Shown piece after piece: positions 32,778 to 43,880 of a DNA stretch of 64,000 nt. A program made the translations under genes and the position numbers. The DNA is from Escherichia phage vB_EcoM_CUA3. Positions within the stretch are counted from its first letter, which is position 1, and the number at the start of each line of letters is the position of its first letter. The notes under the pieces were generated by a model. The model saw nothing but the letters and a program-made list of their open reading frames with translations. It did not search any database and was not told the origin of the DNA. The DNA lies in the sequence record PP410321. One strand, written 5' to 3'.

Positions 32778-32806
32778 ACAATAAAGCATAACCAAGAGGA
32801 TTCAAA

Positions 32807-34789
32807 ATGTCTTTATTATCACCGGGCATTGAGCTCAAAGAAACGTCCGTACAGAGTACTGTCGTTCGTAACGCAACGGGTCGTGCAGCGCTGGTTGGTA
32901 AATTCCAGTGGGGCCCTGCTTTCCAGGTAACTCAAATTACTAACGAAGTTGAACTGGTGGATTTGTTTGGAGGTCCTAACAACGAAGTGGCAGATTATTT
33001 TATGTCTGGTATGAACTTCCTCCAATATGGTAACGACCTTCGTACTGTTCGTGTTGTTAACCGTGAATTCGCTAAAAACGCATCTCCTATTGCAGGCAAT
33101 ATCGAAACCACTATTACTACGGCTGGTTCTAACTATGCGGTAGGCGATAAAATCAATATTAAATATAACCAAACTGTTGTTGAATCTGAAGGCCGTGTGA
33201 CTTCTGTAGATACGGACGGTAAAATTCTTTCCGTGTTTATCCCAACAGCAAAAATTATTGCTTATGCACGTTCTCTAAACCAGTATCCTACCCTGGGTCC
33301 GGCTTGGACAGCTGAAGTTACTTCCGCATCTTCCGGTGTTTCTGGTACTATTACCGTAGGTAAAATTGTTACGGATTCAGGTATTCTTTTGACTGAAGCA
33401 GAGAATAGCGAAGAAGCTATTACTTCTCTTGAATTCCAAGCATCTCTTAAGAAATTTGCTATGCCAGGCGTAGTGGCTCTTTATCCTGGTGAAATTGGTT
33501 CTACTCTGGAAGTAGAAATCGTTTCCAAAGCCGCTTATGATGCTGGTTCTTCTAAAATGCTGGATATTTATCCTGGCGGTGGCACCCGTGCTTCTATTGC
33601 TAAGGCAGTATTTAATTACGGCCCGCAAACAGATGACCAATATGCAATTATTGTTCGTCGCGATGGCGCTATCGTAGAATCCGTCGTACTTTCTACCAAA
33701 GAAGGTGAAAAAGACGTTTACGGTAATAACATTTATCTTGACGACTATTTCGCTAAAGGTACTTCCAATTACATCTATGCTACCTCTTTGAACTGGCCTA
33801 AAGGCTTCAGCGGTATCATTAATCTGATGGGTGGTGTTTCTGCTAACGATAAAGTTACTGCAGGCGATTTGATGCAAGGTTGGGATTTGTTTGCCGATCG
33901 TGAAGCACTCCATATTAACCTTTTGATTGCTGGTGCTGTTGCCGGTGAAGGCGACGAAGTGGCTTCTACTGTTCAGAAACACGTTGTGAGTATTGCTGAT
34001 GAACGTCAGGATTGCTTAGCATTTATTTCTCCTCCTAAAGGACTGTTGGTTAACGTTCCATTGACTCGTGCAGTAGATAATCTTATCGACTGGCGTACCG
34101 GTGCAGGTACTTTCGATGCCAACAACATGAACATTAGCACCACTTATGCTGCTATTGATGGTAACTATAAATATCAGTATGACAAATATAATGACGTAAA
34201 CCGTTGGGTACCACTGGCTGCCGATATGGCTGGTTTGTGTGCACGTACTGATGATGTGTCTCAGCCTTGGATGTCTCCTGCTGGTTATAATCGTGGTCAG
34301 ATTCTTAACGTTCTGAAATTGGCAATTGAACCACGCCAAGCACAACGTGACCGCATGTACCAGGAAGCTATTAACCCGGTTGTTGGTTTTGCTGGTGGTG
34401 ATGGTTTCGTATTGTTTGGTGATAAGACTGCAACTAAAGTTCCATCTCCGATGGACCACATTAACGTTCGCCGTCTGTTCAACATGCTTAAGAAAAATAT
34501 CGGTGATGCCTCTAAATATAAACTGTTTGAATTGAACGATAACTTCACTCGTTCAAGCTTCCGTATGGAAGTTTCTCAGTACTTAGATGGTATTAAGGCA
34601 CTTGGTGGGATTTATGAAGGACGTGTGGTTTGTGATACTACGGTGAACACTCCTGCGGTTATCGACCGTAACGAGTTTATTGCTAATATCTATGTTAAAC
34701 CTTCTCGTTCTATTAACTACATCACGTTGAACTTCGTTGCAACGAGCACTGGTGCTGATTTTGATGAATTGATTGGACCTTTAGTATAA
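32807..34789 (+). CDS. 18: gp18 tail sheath protein
   Basis: 660 aa; strong match to T4 gp18 as recalled. Confidence 0.97.
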   Translation: MSLLSPGIELKETSVQSTVVRNATGRAALVGKFQWGPAFQVTQITNEVELVDLFGGPNNEVADYFMSGMNFLQYGNDLRTVRVVNREFAKNASPIAGNIETTITTAGSNYAVGDKINIKYNQTVVESEGRVTSVDTDGKILSVFIPTAKIIAYARSLNQYPTLGPAWTAEVTSASSGVSGTITVGKIVTDSGILLTEAENSEEAITSLEFQASLKKFAMPGVVALYPGEIGSTLEVEIVSKAAYDAGSSKMLDIYPGGGTRASIAKAVFNYGPQTDDQYAIIVRRDGAIVESVVLSTKEGEKDVYGNNIYLDDYFAKGTSNYIYATSLNWPKGFSGIINLMGGVSANDKVTAGDLMQGWDLFADREALHINLLIAGAVAGEGDEVASTVQKHVVSIADERQDCLAFISPPKGLLVNVPLTRAVDNLIDWRTGAGTFDANNMNISTTYAAIDGNYKYQYDKYNDVNRWVPLAADMAGLCARTDDVSQPWMSPAGYNRGQILNVLKLAIEPRQAQRDRMYQEAINPVVGFAGGDGFVLFGDKTATKVPSPMDHINVRRLFNMLKKNIGDASKYKLFELNDNFTRSSFRMEVSQYLDGIKALGGIYEGRVVCDTTVNTPAVIDRNEFIANIYVKPSRSINYITLNFVATSTGADFDELIGPLV

Positions 34790-34914
34790 TCTATTATCCC
34801 AGGCTGTAATATAAAGAACCTAAAACCATTATACCATGTGTTCGGTTACAGCGTATATCACGTAGAATTGCGCCTGGGATTGATTAACTATCGGGAATAT
34901 GATTTATCAACTGT

Positions 34915-34922
34915 TATAAATA
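34915..34922 (+). promoter_or_regulatory. late promoter TATAAATA for gene 19
   Basis: Exact TATAAATA 41 nt upstream of the gp19 ATG. Confidence 0.65.
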
Positions 34923-34962
34923 AATTAATCAGAACGTTCCTGGTGTGGCCAGGAACTGACTT

Positions 34963-35466
34963 ATGAGGCATCCCATGGAGTTGACAGATATCACTCGTGC
35001 GTTTGAGTCAGGTGACTTTGCACGCCCTAACCTTTTCGAAGTGGAAATTCCATTTCTCGGTAAAAACTTTAGCTTTAAATGTAAAGCAGCACCCATGCCG
35101 GCAGGCATTGTAGAAAAAGTACCGGTTGGCTACATGAACCGTAAAATTAACGTAGCCGGTGACCGTACATTTGATGATTGGACCATTACCATTTATAACG
35201 ATGATGCTCATGACACCCGTCAGGCAATTGTTGATTGGCAGAACCTCTGTCACGGTATGACCAATGAAATTACCGGTGCTGCACCTGCAGAATATAAGAA
35301 ACAAGCAGTAGTTCGCCAGTTCCATCGTGATGGCAAGACTGTGACTAAAGAAGTTACAATTTATGGCTTATGGCCTACTAACGTTGGTGAAGTCCAGATG
35401 GACTGGGATTCAAACAACGAGGTAGAAACTTTCGAATCTACGTTCGCTATCGATTGGTGGGAATGA
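34963..35466 (+). CDS. 19: gp19 tail tube protein
   Basis: 167 aa; strong match to T4 gp19 (…TRAFESGDFARPNLF…KINVAGDRTFDDWT…). Confidence 0.97.
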   Translation: MRHPMELTDITRAFESGDFARPNLFEVEIPFLGKNFSFKCKAAPMPAGIVEKVPVGYMNRKINVAGDRTFDDWTITIYNDDAHDTRQAIVDWQNLCHGMTNEITGAAPAEYKKQAVVRQFHRDGKTVTKEVTIYGLWPTNVGEVQMDWDSNNEVETFESTFAIDWWE

Positions 35467-35467
35467 G

Positions 35468-35475
35468 TATAAATA
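35468..35475 (+). promoter_or_regulatory. late promoter TATAAATA for gene 20
   Basis: Exact TATAAATA immediately after the gene 19 stop codon. Confidence 0.6.
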
Positions 35476-35485
35476 GAACTATAAA

Positions 35486-35499
35486 GGAGCTTCGGCTCC
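35486..35499 (+). other. stem-loop ggagc-ttcg-gctcc in the gene 20 leader
   Basis: Perfect 5-bp stem with tetraloop between the late promoter and the gp20 ATG; could be a partial terminator or leader structure. Confidence 0.4.
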
Positions 35500-35523
35500 T
35501 TATCCCATTCATCGGAGACTCTA

Positions 35524-37101
35524 ATGGCAAACTTTAATACAATATTAAGTTTTCTTAAGCCATGGGCTAATGAAGACGAAAAAGAATTTAAACAACAATT
35601 AAATAACAATTTAGAGTCTGTCACTGCACCTAAGCTTGATGATGGCGCTCGCGAAATTGAAACCCAAGAGCAAAATATTCCTTATAACGCTCTTATGCAA
35701 CAAATGTTTGGTAGTAATGAGCCTGAAGTAAAAAACACCAGGGAACTCATTGATACCTACCGTAATTTGATGAACAACTATGAAGTCGATAACGCAGTTC
35801 AAGAAATTGTGTCTGACGCTATTGTCTATGAGGATGATAAAGAAGTAGTTGCATTGAATTTAGACGGGACAGAATTCAGTCAATCAATTAAAGATAAAAT
35901 TTTGGCTGAATTTAGTGAAGTTTTAAACCTTTTAAATTTCCAACGTAAAGGCACTGACCATTTCCAACGTTGGTATGTAGACTCGAGAATATTCTTTCAT
36001 AAAATTATAAACCCTAAAAAAATGAAAGATGGCGTACAAGAGCTTCGACGCTTAGACCCGCGCCAAGTCCAATATATTCGTGAAATCGTTACACGTATGG
36101 AAGACGGCGTTAAAATTGTAGACGGGTATCGCGAGTTTTTCGTTTACGACACAGGCCATGAAAGTTATTGCGCTGATGGACGCATTTATTCAGCCGGGAC
36201 TAAAGTTAAAATTCCTCGTGCTGCGGTAGTTTATGCACATTCCGGATTATTAGATTGTTGTGGTAAAAACATCATTGGCTATTTGCAACGTGCTATTAAG
36301 CCTGCAAACCAGCTTAAATTGATGGAAGACGCAATGGTCATCTACCGTATTACACGTGCTCCCGACCGTCGTGTGTTTTATATCGATACAGGTAATATGC
36401 CTTCTCGTAAGGCGGCAGCACAAATGCAACATATCATGAACACGATGAAAAACCGTGTGGTGTATGATGCTTCGACCGGTAAAATTAAAAACCAGCAACA
36501 TAATATGTCAATGACTGAAGACTATTGGTTGCAACGTCGAGACGGTAAAGCAGTTACAGAAGTTGATACAATGCCAGGTGCTACTGGTATGAGTGATATG
36601 GATGACGTTCTTTATTTCCGCACAGCACTTTACCGTGCGCTGCGTATTCCAGAGTCGCGTATCCCTAGTGAATCTAATTCCGGTGTTATGTTTGATGCTG
36701 GTACGGCTATAACTCGTGATGAGTTGAAATTTGCTAAATGGATTCGTCAGCTCCAAAATAAATTCGAAGAAATTTTCTTAGACCCATTAAAAACAAACCT
36801 CATTCTTAAAAAGATTATTACAGAAGATGAGTGGGAAAGAGAAATAAATAATATTAAAGTTACGTTCAACCGTGATAGCTACTTCAGTGAAATGAAAGAT
36901 GCGGAAATCATGGAACGCAGAATCAATATGCTAACGATGGCTGAACCATTTATTGGTAAGTATATTTCACATCAAACGGCTATGAAAGATTTCCTTCAGA
37001 TGACTGACGAAGAAATTAATCAAGAAGCTAAGCAAATTGAAGAAGAGTCTAAAGAGGCTCGTTTCCAAAACCCAGATGAAGAAGAAGAAGAGGATTTCTA
37101 A
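35524..37101 (+). CDS. 20: gp20 portal vertex protein
   Basis: 525 aa (T4 gp20 524); synteny. Confidence 0.95.
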   Translation: MANFNTILSFLKPWANEDEKEFKQQLNNNLESVTAPKLDDGAREIETQEQNIPYNALMQQMFGSNEPEVKNTRELIDTYRNLMNNYEVDNAVQEIVSDAIVYEDDKEVVALNLDGTEFSQSIKDKILAEFSEVLNLLNFQRKGTDHFQRWYVDSRIFFHKIINPKKMKDGVQELRRLDPRQVQYIREIVTRMEDGVKIVDGYREFFVYDTGHESYCADGRIYSAGTKVKIPRAAVVYAHSGLLDCCGKNIIGYLQRAIKPANQLKLMEDAMVIYRITRAPDRRVFYIDTGNMPSRKAAAQMQHIMNTMKNRVVYDASTGKIKNQQHNMSMTEDYWLQRRDGKAVTEVDTMPGATGMSDMDDVLYFRTALYRALRIPESRIPSESNSGVMFDAGTAITRDELKFAKWIRQLQNKFEEIFLDPLKTNLILKKIITEDEWEREINNIKVTFNRDSYFSEMKDAEIMERRINMLTMAEPFIGKYISHQTAMKDFLQMTDEEINQEAKQIEEESKEARFQNPDEEEEEDF

Positions 37102-37376
37102 TGGAAGATTTAATCGAAGCTATTAAATCAAACGACCTCGTAGCAGTTCGTAAAGCAGCAGCCCCGCTTATCGAATCTCGAGTAGCCGCTTTGATTGAAG
37201 CCCGTAAAGCAGAAATTGCTCGCTCCGTTATGATTGAAGGCGAAGAAGCCGACGAAGATGACGAAGACGAAGATAAAGACGAAAAATCCGATAAAGCAGA
37301 TAAGAAAGACAAAAAAGAATCTGACGATGCGGATGAAGGTGATGACGGCGATGATGAAGACGAGGACGACGAATAA
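37101..37376 (+). CDS. 67: gp67 prohead core protein
   Basis: 91 aa with highly acidic C-terminal tail ([11 protein letters not shown]…); position between 20 and 68. Confidence 0.85.
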   Translation: MEDLIEAIKSNDLVAVRKAAAPLIESRVAALIEARKAEIARSVMIEGEEADEDDEDEDKDEKSDKADKKDKKESDDADEGDDGDDEDEDDE

Positions 37377-37804
37377 TGTTCCTTATCCCTGATGATTACG
37401 AATTAACTCTAGAAAGTGTAGAGGCCAAAATTCCAGAAGCACAGGGACGTTTTGCTACTCTTTCTGAAGCCCTCGAGAAAAGCGATATAAATAATCTTGT
37501 AGAGAACATGATTGCTGATGGCGATATTGATACAGCTATTGCCATCGCCTCTTTGAATGAAAATATGGCTCTTAACGAATTTATTGTTAAGCACGTTTCT
37601 TCTAAAGGTGAGCTTACTCGTACTAAAGATATTAAAACCCGTCAACGCAACGCTTATCAAACGACCGGGTTGTCTAAAGCAAAACGCCGTCAGATTGCTC
37701 GCAAAGCATCTAAAACCAAACGTGCTAATCCGTCTACTCAAGTACGTGCTGAACGTAAGCGTAAGAAAGCTCGTTCTAAACGTAAAGCCTTTGGACTTAA
37801 CTAA
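37376..37804 (+). CDS. 68: gp68 prohead core protein
   Basis: 142 aa (T4 gp68 141); synteny. Confidence 0.85.
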   Translation: MFLIPDDYELTLESVEAKIPEAQGRFATLSEALEKSDINNLVENMIADGDIDTAIAIASLNENMALNEFIVKHVSSKGELTRTKDIKTRQRNAYQTTGLSKAKRRQIARKASKTKRANPSTQVRAERKRKKARSKRKAFGLN

Positions 37805-38439
37805 TGAAACCTGAATTGCTCATCGAACATTGGGGACAACCAGGTGAAATTATCGATGGGGTTCCAATGTTGGAATCTCATGATGGAAAAGATTCTGGAC
37901 TTGCCCCAGGCCTTTATATAGAAGGCATATTCATGCAAGCCGAAGTGGTTAACCGTAATAAACGCCTTTATCCAAAACCTATTTTGGAAAAAGCTGTTGC
38001 CGATTATATGGCAGAACAGGTTGCTACTAAACAAGCTTTAGGAGAATTAAATCATCCGCCTCGTGCTAACGTTGACCCTATGCAAGCCGCTATTATTATT
38101 GAAGATATGTGGTGGAAAGGTAATGACGTTTATGGACGTGCTCGTATTATTGAAGGCGACCATGGTCCTGGTGATAAACTAGCTGCTAATATTAGAGCCG
38201 GTTGGGTACCTGGTGTTAGTTCTCGTGGTCTAGGTTCTTTAACTGAAACCAACAAAGGATATAAGCGTGTAAACGAAGGTTATAAATTAACCGTCGGTGT
38301 TGATGCAGTATGGGGACCATCTGCTCCTGATGCTTATGTAACTCCTAAACAAATTACAGAATCACAAACGGTAGATACCGATACCAGTGCCGATGACGCC
38401 TTTATGGCTCTCGCAGAGGCCATGAAAAAAGCGTTATAA
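37804..38439 (+). CDS. 21: gp21 prohead core scaffold protein and protease
   Basis: 211 aa; near-identical to T4 gp21 as recalled (…LIEHWGQPGEIIDGVPMLESHDGKD…). Confidence 0.97.
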   Translation: MKPELLIEHWGQPGEIIDGVPMLESHDGKDSGLAPGLYIEGIFMQAEVVNRNKRLYPKPILEKAVADYMAEQVATKQALGELNHPPRANVDPMQAAIIIEDMWWKGNDVYGRARIIEGDHGPGDKLAANIRAGWVPGVSSRGLGSLTETNKGYKRVNEGYKLTVGVDAVWGPSAPDAYVTPKQITESQTVDTDTSADDAFMALAEAMKKAL

Positions 38440-38442
38440 ATA
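38435..38442 (+). promoter_or_regulatory. late promoter TATAAATA for gene 22
   Basis: Exact TATAAATA overlapping the gene 21 stop codon, 28 nt upstream of the gp22 ATG. Confidence 0.7.
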
Positions 38443-38469
38443 TTATTATCTAAACAACAGGACTACAAA

Positions 38470-39285
38470 ATGCTTAAAGAACAACTGATTGCTGAAGCAC
38501 AGAATATTGATGCTTCCGTTGCTCTTGACAGTATTTTCGAATCAGTTAATATTTCTCCGGAAGCAAAAGAAACTTTCGGCACTGTATTCGAAGCTACCGT
38601 CAAGCAACACGCCGTTAAACTGGCTGAATCTCACATCGCTAAAATCGCTGAAAAAGCGGAAGAAGAAGTTGAGAAAAATAAAGAAGAAGCTGAAGAAAAA
38701 GCCGATAAGAAAATCCAAGAAGCTGCCGGTCGTTTCCTTGACCACGTCGCTAAAGAATGGATGGCTGAAAACCAGCTGGCTGTTGATAAAGGTATTAAAG
38801 CCGAACTGTTCGAATCCATGTTGATGGGTATGAAAGAACTGTTTGTTGAACACAACGTGGTTGTTCCAGAAGAAGCAGTAGACGTTGTCGCTGAAATGGA
38901 AGAAGAACTTCAAGAGCAGAAAGATGAAACCGCTCGTCTGTTCGAAGAAGTTGGTAAGCGCGATGCGTATATTAATTACGTACAGCGTGAAGTTGCGTTG
39001 ACTGAAGCAACTAAAGACCTGACTGAATCTCAGAAAGAAAAAGTTAGTTCTCTGGTAGAAGGCATGGATTATTCCGATGCATTTGGTAAAAAAATTGGCG
39101 CTATCGTTGAAATGGTTAAAGGCCAGACCGACGTTGAAAAACCAATCACCGAAGCCGCTATAAATAAAACTGAAGACGATGCTGCAGCACTGAATTATAT
39201 TTCGGAAGCAGTTGAAGAAAAAGGCGCTAAGCCTACCCTGTCCTTCGCGGACCTGTCTGCAATCGCAGCATCACGAATTTCTTAA
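38470..39285 (+). CDS. 22: gp22 prohead core scaffold protein
   Basis: 271 aa acidic helical protein (T4 gp22 269); synteny. Confidence 0.93.
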   Translation: MLKEQLIAEAQNIDASVALDSIFESVNISPEAKETFGTVFEATVKQHAVKLAESHIAKIAEKAEEEVEKNKEEAEEKADKKIQEAAGRFLDHVAKEWMAENQLAVDKGIKAELFESMLMGMKELFVEHNVVVPEEAVDVVAEMEEELQEQKDETARLFEEVGKRDAYINYVQREVALTEATKDLTESQKEKVSSLVEGMDYSDAFGKKIGAIVEMVKGQTDVEKPITEAAINKTEDDAAALNYISEAVEEKGAKPTLSFADLSAIAASRIS

Positions 39286-39306
39286 TTTAATAAGGTTATA
39301 CAACAC

Positions 39307-40866
39307 ATGAAAAAGAATGCATTAGTTCAAAAATGGTCCGCTCTGCTGGAAAACGAAGCTCTTCCTGAAATCGTTGGTGCTTCTAAACAAGCTATCATCG
39401 CTAAAATTTTCGAAAACCAGGAACAAGACATCCTGACTGCTCCGGAATATCGTGACGAAAAAATCTCCGAAGCATTTGGTTCTTTCTTGACCGAAGCTGA
39501 AATCGGCGGTGACCACGGTTATGATGCTACCAATATCGCAGCTGGCCAGACCTCTGGTGCTGTAACTCAGATTGGGCCGGCAGTAATGGGTATGGTTCGT
39601 CGTGCTATTCCTCATCTGATTGCTTTTGATATTTGTGGTGTTCAGCCTCTGAATAACCCTACCGGCCAGGTATTTGCACTGCGTGCAGTATATGGTAAAG
39701 ACCCTATCGCTGCTGGCGCTAAAGAAGCTTTCCACCCGATGTATGCTCCAAATGCTATGTTCTCTGGTCAGGGTGCTGCTCAGACTTTTGAAGCACTGGC
39801 TGCAAGTAAAGTTCTGGAAGTTGGTAAAATTTATTCTCACTTCTTCGAAGCTACCGGTTCTGCACACTTCCAGGCTGTTGAAGCTGTAACCGTTGATGCT
39901 GGCGCTACTGATGCCGCTAAACTGGATGCTGCTGTAACCGCTCTGTTGGAAGCTGGTCAGTTGGCTGAAATCGCTGAAGGCATGGCTACTTCTATCGCTG
40001 AACTTCAGGAAGGCTTTAATGGTTCTCAGGATAACCCGTGGAACGAAATGGGCTTCCGTATCGATAAACAAGTTATCGAAGCTAAATCCCGTCAGCTGAA
40101 AGCAAGCTACTCCATCGAACTGGCACAGGACCTTCGTGCAGTACACGGTATGGATGCAGATGCTGAACTGTCCGGTATCCTTGCTACCGAAATTATGCTC
40201 GAAATCAACCGTGAAGTTATCGATTGGATTAACTACTCTGCACAGGTTGGTAAATCTGGTATGACCAACACCGTTGGCGCTAAAGCTGGTGTGTTTGACT
40301 TCCAGGACCCGATTGATATCCGTGGTGCTCGTTGGGCCGGTGAAAGCTTTAAAGCTCTCCTGTTCCAGATTGATAAAGAAGCAGCCGAAATCGCTCGTCA
40401 GACCGGTCGTGGTGCTGGTAACTTCATCATCGCTTCCCGTAACGTAGTTAACGTACTGGCTGCAGTTGATACTTCTGTAAGTTATGCAGCTCAGGGTCTT
40501 GGTCAAGGTTTCAACGTTGACACCACTAAAGCAGTATTTGCCGGTGTTCTTGGTGGTAAATATCGCGTTTACATTGACCAGTATGCACGTTCCGATTACT
40601 TCACTATCGGTTATAAAGGCGCTAACGAAATGGACGCAGGTATCTACTACGCTCCGTACGTTGCACTGACCCCGCTGCGTGGTTCCGATCCGAAGAACTT
40701 CCAACCGGTAATGGGCTTCAAAACTCGTTACGGTATCGGTATCAACCCGTTTGCTGACCCAGCTGCTCAGGCACCTACCAAACGTATTCAGAATGGTATG
40801 CCGGACATCGTTAACAGCCTTGGTCTGAATGGTTACTTCCGTCGTGTTTATGTTAAAGGTATCTAA
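39307..40866 (+). CDS. 23: gp23 major capsid protein
   Basis: 519 aa; near-identical to T4 gp23 over most of its length as recalled. Confidence 0.98.
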   Translation: MKKNALVQKWSALLENEALPEIVGASKQAIIAKIFENQEQDILTAPEYRDEKISEAFGSFLTEAEIGGDHGYDATNIAAGQTSGAVTQIGPAVMGMVRRAIPHLIAFDICGVQPLNNPTGQVFALRAVYGKDPIAAGAKEAFHPMYAPNAMFSGQGAAQTFEALAASKVLEVGKIYSHFFEATGSAHFQAVEAVTVDAGATDAAKLDAAVTALLEAGQLAEIAEGMATSIAELQEGFNGSQDNPWNEMGFRIDKQVIEAKSRQLKASYSIELAQDLRAVHGMDADAELSGILATEIMLEINREVIDWINYSAQVGKSGMTNTVGAKAGVFDFQDPIDIRGARWAGESFKALLFQIDKEAAEIARQTGRGAGNFIIASRNVVNVLAAVDTSVSYAAQGLGQGFNVDTTKAVFAGVLGGKYRVYIDQYARSDYFTIGYKGANEMDAGIYYAPYVALTPLRGSDPKNFQPVMGFKTRYGIGINPFADPAAQAPTKRIQNGMPDIVNSLGLNGYFRRVYVKGI

Positions 40867-40882
40867 GACCTAACCTTATTAT

Positions 40883-40910
40883 GGGAGACTTCGGTCTCCC
40901 ATTCTTGTTT
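40883..40910 (+). terminator. intrinsic terminator after gene 23
   Basis: gggagac-ttcg-gtctccc hairpin followed by attcttgttt. Confidence 0.65.
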
Positions 40911-41247
40911 CTGTACNNNNNNNNNNNNNNNNNNNNNNNNNNNNNNNNNNNNNNNNNNNNNNNNNNNNNNNNNNNNNNNNNNNNNNNNNNNNNNNNNNNN
41001 NNNNNNNNNNNNNNNNNNNNNNNNNNNNNNNNNNNNNNNNNNNNNNNNNNNNNNNNNNNNNNNNNNNNNNNNNNNNNNNNNNNNNNNNNNNNNNNNNNNN
41101 NNNNNNNNNNNNNNNNNNNNNNNNNNNNNNNNNNNNNNNNNNNNNNNNNNNNNNNNNNNNNNNNNNNNNNNNNNNNNNNNNNNNNNNNNNNNNNNNNNNN
41201 NNNNNNNNNNNNNNNNNNNNNNNNNNNNNNNNNNNNNNNNNNACCTT

Positions 41248-41255
41248 TATAAATA
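41248..41255 (+). promoter_or_regulatory. late promoter TATAAATA for gene 24
   Basis: Exact TATAAATA 28 nt upstream of the gp24 ATG. Confidence 0.7.
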
Positions 41256-41283
41256 AACATATACCCTCAATAAGGAAAGCGCA

Positions 41284-42567
41284 ATGGCAAAGATTAACGA
41301 ATTACTGCGCGAGTCAACAACTACTACCAGCAACTCATTGGGTCGCCCTAATCTTGTTGCTTTGACCCGTGCTACCACTAAACTAATTTATCGCGATATC
41401 ATCGCTGAACAACGTACAAACCAGCCTATCGCTGCATTGTATGGTGTCAAATATCTTACTCCTGATAATGAATTTAGCTTCCAAACCGGCGCCGTTTATG
41501 GCGGTGAAGTTGGTGCTAAAGACCGCGAAACCATTCCAGAATTAACAGATAAGTCCCAGGCGATTGCCAAGGGTGACTACTTTAAGTATCAGAATGTGGT
41601 TTATAAGGCTCTTGAATCAAGCCCTCTCGCATCTACTAGCGCTACAGGATTGGCTGATGCTCTTCAAGAAGGTTTGGTGTCATTAACATGTCGTCTGGTT
41701 CCGGACGCTGCTCATACCACTAAATTCGAAGAGAGTGATGTAGAAATCTCTGATGCCGTATTCCAGGTTAATAAATGGAATGCCCCTGTTAAGACTCGTA
41801 AATTGAAGACTGCTTTGACAGTAGAATTGGCCCAGGATATGGAATCAAATGGCTTCGACGCCCCTGCATTCTTAGAAGACCTCCTGGCCACAGTAATGGC
41901 AGATGAAATTAATAAAGACGTTCTTCAATCCTTGATTACGGTATCCAAACGTTATAAAGTAACTGGTGTATCCGATAACGGCATTATAGATTTGACTTAT
42001 GCCAGTGCCCCAGAATCTGCACGTAAACTTTATGAAATTGTTTGTGAGATGAATTCTGAAATCCAGAAAACTACTTCTTATTCTGGCACGTTTGTTGTGG
42101 CTTCAAGTCGTGTAGCTGCAATGCTTGCAGGTTCTGGCTGGTTAAAACATAGACCTGAAGATAATAATTGGCTCCCAGAAACTGCCTATGGTTATTTGTT
42201 GAATGGATTACCTCTGTTCTGTGATGTTAACAGCCCATTGGATTATGTTATCGTCGGTGTTAAAGAGAACTATGGTGGTAATGAAGTTGTCGGTTCTATT
42301 TTCTATGCCCCGTATACAGAAGGCCTAGATTTAGATGACCAAGAACACGTTGGTGCTTATAAGGTTATTGTCGACCCGGATTCATTACAGCCTTCTATTT
42401 CTCTGATGGTTCGTTATGCACTTTCGGCTAACCCATACACCGTAGCTAAAGACGATAAAGAAGCTCGTGTTATCGATGCAACCAATATGGATTTAATGGC
42501 TGGTCAGAGTAATATGTCTTATCTGCTTGGTGTTAAACTTCCAGCAATTATTTACGAGGCTGATTAA
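41284..42567 (+). CDS. 24: gp24 capsid vertex protein
   Basis: 427 aa; strong match to T4 gp24 (MAKINELLRESTTT…). Confidence 0.95.
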   Translation: MAKINELLRESTTTTSNSLGRPNLVALTRATTKLIYRDIIAEQRTNQPIAALYGVKYLTPDNEFSFQTGAVYGGEVGAKDRETIPELTDKSQAIAKGDYFKYQNVVYKALESSPLASTSATGLADALQEGLVSLTCRLVPDAAHTTKFEESDVEISDAVFQVNKWNAPVKTRKLKTALTVELAQDMESNGFDAPAFLEDLLATVMADEINKDVLQSLITVSKRYKVTGVSDNGIIDLTYASAPESARKLYEIVCEMNSEIQKTTSYSGTFVVASSRVAAMLAGSGWLKHRPEDNNWLPETAYGYLLNGLPLFCDVNSPLDYVIVGVKENYGGNEVVGSIFYAPYTEGLDLDDQEHVGAYKVIVDPDSLQPSISLMVRYALSANPYTVAKDDKEARVIDATNMDLMAGQSNMSYLLGVKLPAIIYEAD

Positions 42568-43841
42568 TGTCTAAGATTATAGACCTAATTAAAGAATCCA
42601 CACTGACGGCTGCCAACTCGGTTGGCCGTCCTGCTCTTCTTTCATACACCCAAGCAACTAATAAAAGAATCTTTAAAGCCTTAGTTGCCGAACAAAAAAC
42701 AAGCCAACCTGTTGCCGCTCTGTACGGGGTTCGTGTACTTAATCCTGACGACAAAATGACTTATATTGGTGGCGCTACATTTGCAGGCCAGATTGGTATG
42801 TCGGAACGTGAAAATATTCCTGAATTTACTGATTCGTCTACAGCTTATGCAGCAGGTGATATGTTCCAGTTTGAAAGTGTAGTGTTTAAAGTTCTGGAAG
42901 CATCTCCTTTCGCCGGAACCACAGAAACCGACCTCGGTGAAGTTATTTCTGAAGCAGTGGCCGCTGGACATATTCGTATGGTATCAGATGCTGCTATTAC
43001 TTCTAAATTCGAACAAGGCCATCCTGAAATTGCTGAAGCAGGCTTCCGTATTGATAAATGGCAATCTGAAGTTAAATCACGTAAATTGAAAACTTCGTTG
43101 ACAGTTGAATTGGCCCAAGACCTAGAATCAAACGGGTTTAATGCTCCTAATTTCGTTGAAAATCTGCTAGGAATTCAAATGGCAGAAGAAATTAATAAGG
43201 ACGTATTACAGTCATTAATTACGGTTAGTTCTCGTTTTAAAGTCCAAGGTGTTTCTGAAAAGGGTGTATTAGACCTTACCAACCCACGTTACGATAATGC
43301 CCAGGACCGTGCTCGTACACTATATTATTACATGTGTGAGATGAACTCTGCCGTCCAACGTCAAACTTCTTTCGCTGGGACTTATGCAGTAGCTAGTTCT
43401 CGTTGTGCTGCTATTCTCGCCGCTTCCGGTTGGGTTGAGAAAAAGGAAGACCAAGACGAACTGGCTTATGGTGTATTAAAGAACGGCCTGCCACTTTATG
43501 CTGATATGAATAGTCCATGTGATTATGTTATTGTTGGTGTGAATGCTCAGATGGGTGAAGGACAGACGGTCGCATCTTTATATTATGCGCCTTATACGGA
43601 AGGTTTGAATGTGGTTGATGAAGAAGGTGATACTTCAGTAGGTGAATTTAAGGTTATTGTTGACCCTGAAAGCTTACAACCTACAGTAGCATTGCTTGCT
43701 CGTTATGCATTGACTGCAAACCCTTATACCGTCGCTAAGGACGATAAAGAAGCCCGCATTATTGATGGCTCTGATATGGACAAAATGGCTAACCAAAGCC
43801 AATTGAGTTCTTATCTTGGTGTTAAACTTCCACCTTTAGAN
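42567..43841 (+). CDS. second gp24-like capsid vertex protein (divergent tandem paralog); 3' end uncertain
   Basis: About 425 aa, alignable along its whole length with the upstream gp24 (roughly half of residues identical by eye); true stop lies in or next to the N-containing stretch 43841-43850. Confidence 0.8.
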
Positions 43842-43853
43842 ANAAANNNAAAA

Positions 43854-43880
43854 GGGACCTCACGGTCCCTTTATTGTTTA
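43854..43880. terminator. terminator hairpin between convergent gp24 paralog and rnlB
   Basis: gggacc-tcac-ggtccc hairpin followed by tttattgttta. Confidence 0.55.

Noticed and set aside
33377-34548. Minus-strand ORFs 33377..33982, 34016..34459 and 34297..34548 inside gene 18, and similar antisense or alternative-frame ORFs inside genes 2, 5, 7, 17, 20, 22, 29 and alt
   Set aside because: Embedded in well-supported structural genes on the opposite strand or in alternative frames; no start signals; treated as shadow ORFs.
39322-40704. 460-aa minus-strand ORF antisense to gene 23
   Set aside because: Lies wholly within the gp23 coding region on the opposite strand; a long antisense shadow frame, with gp23 identity unambiguous.
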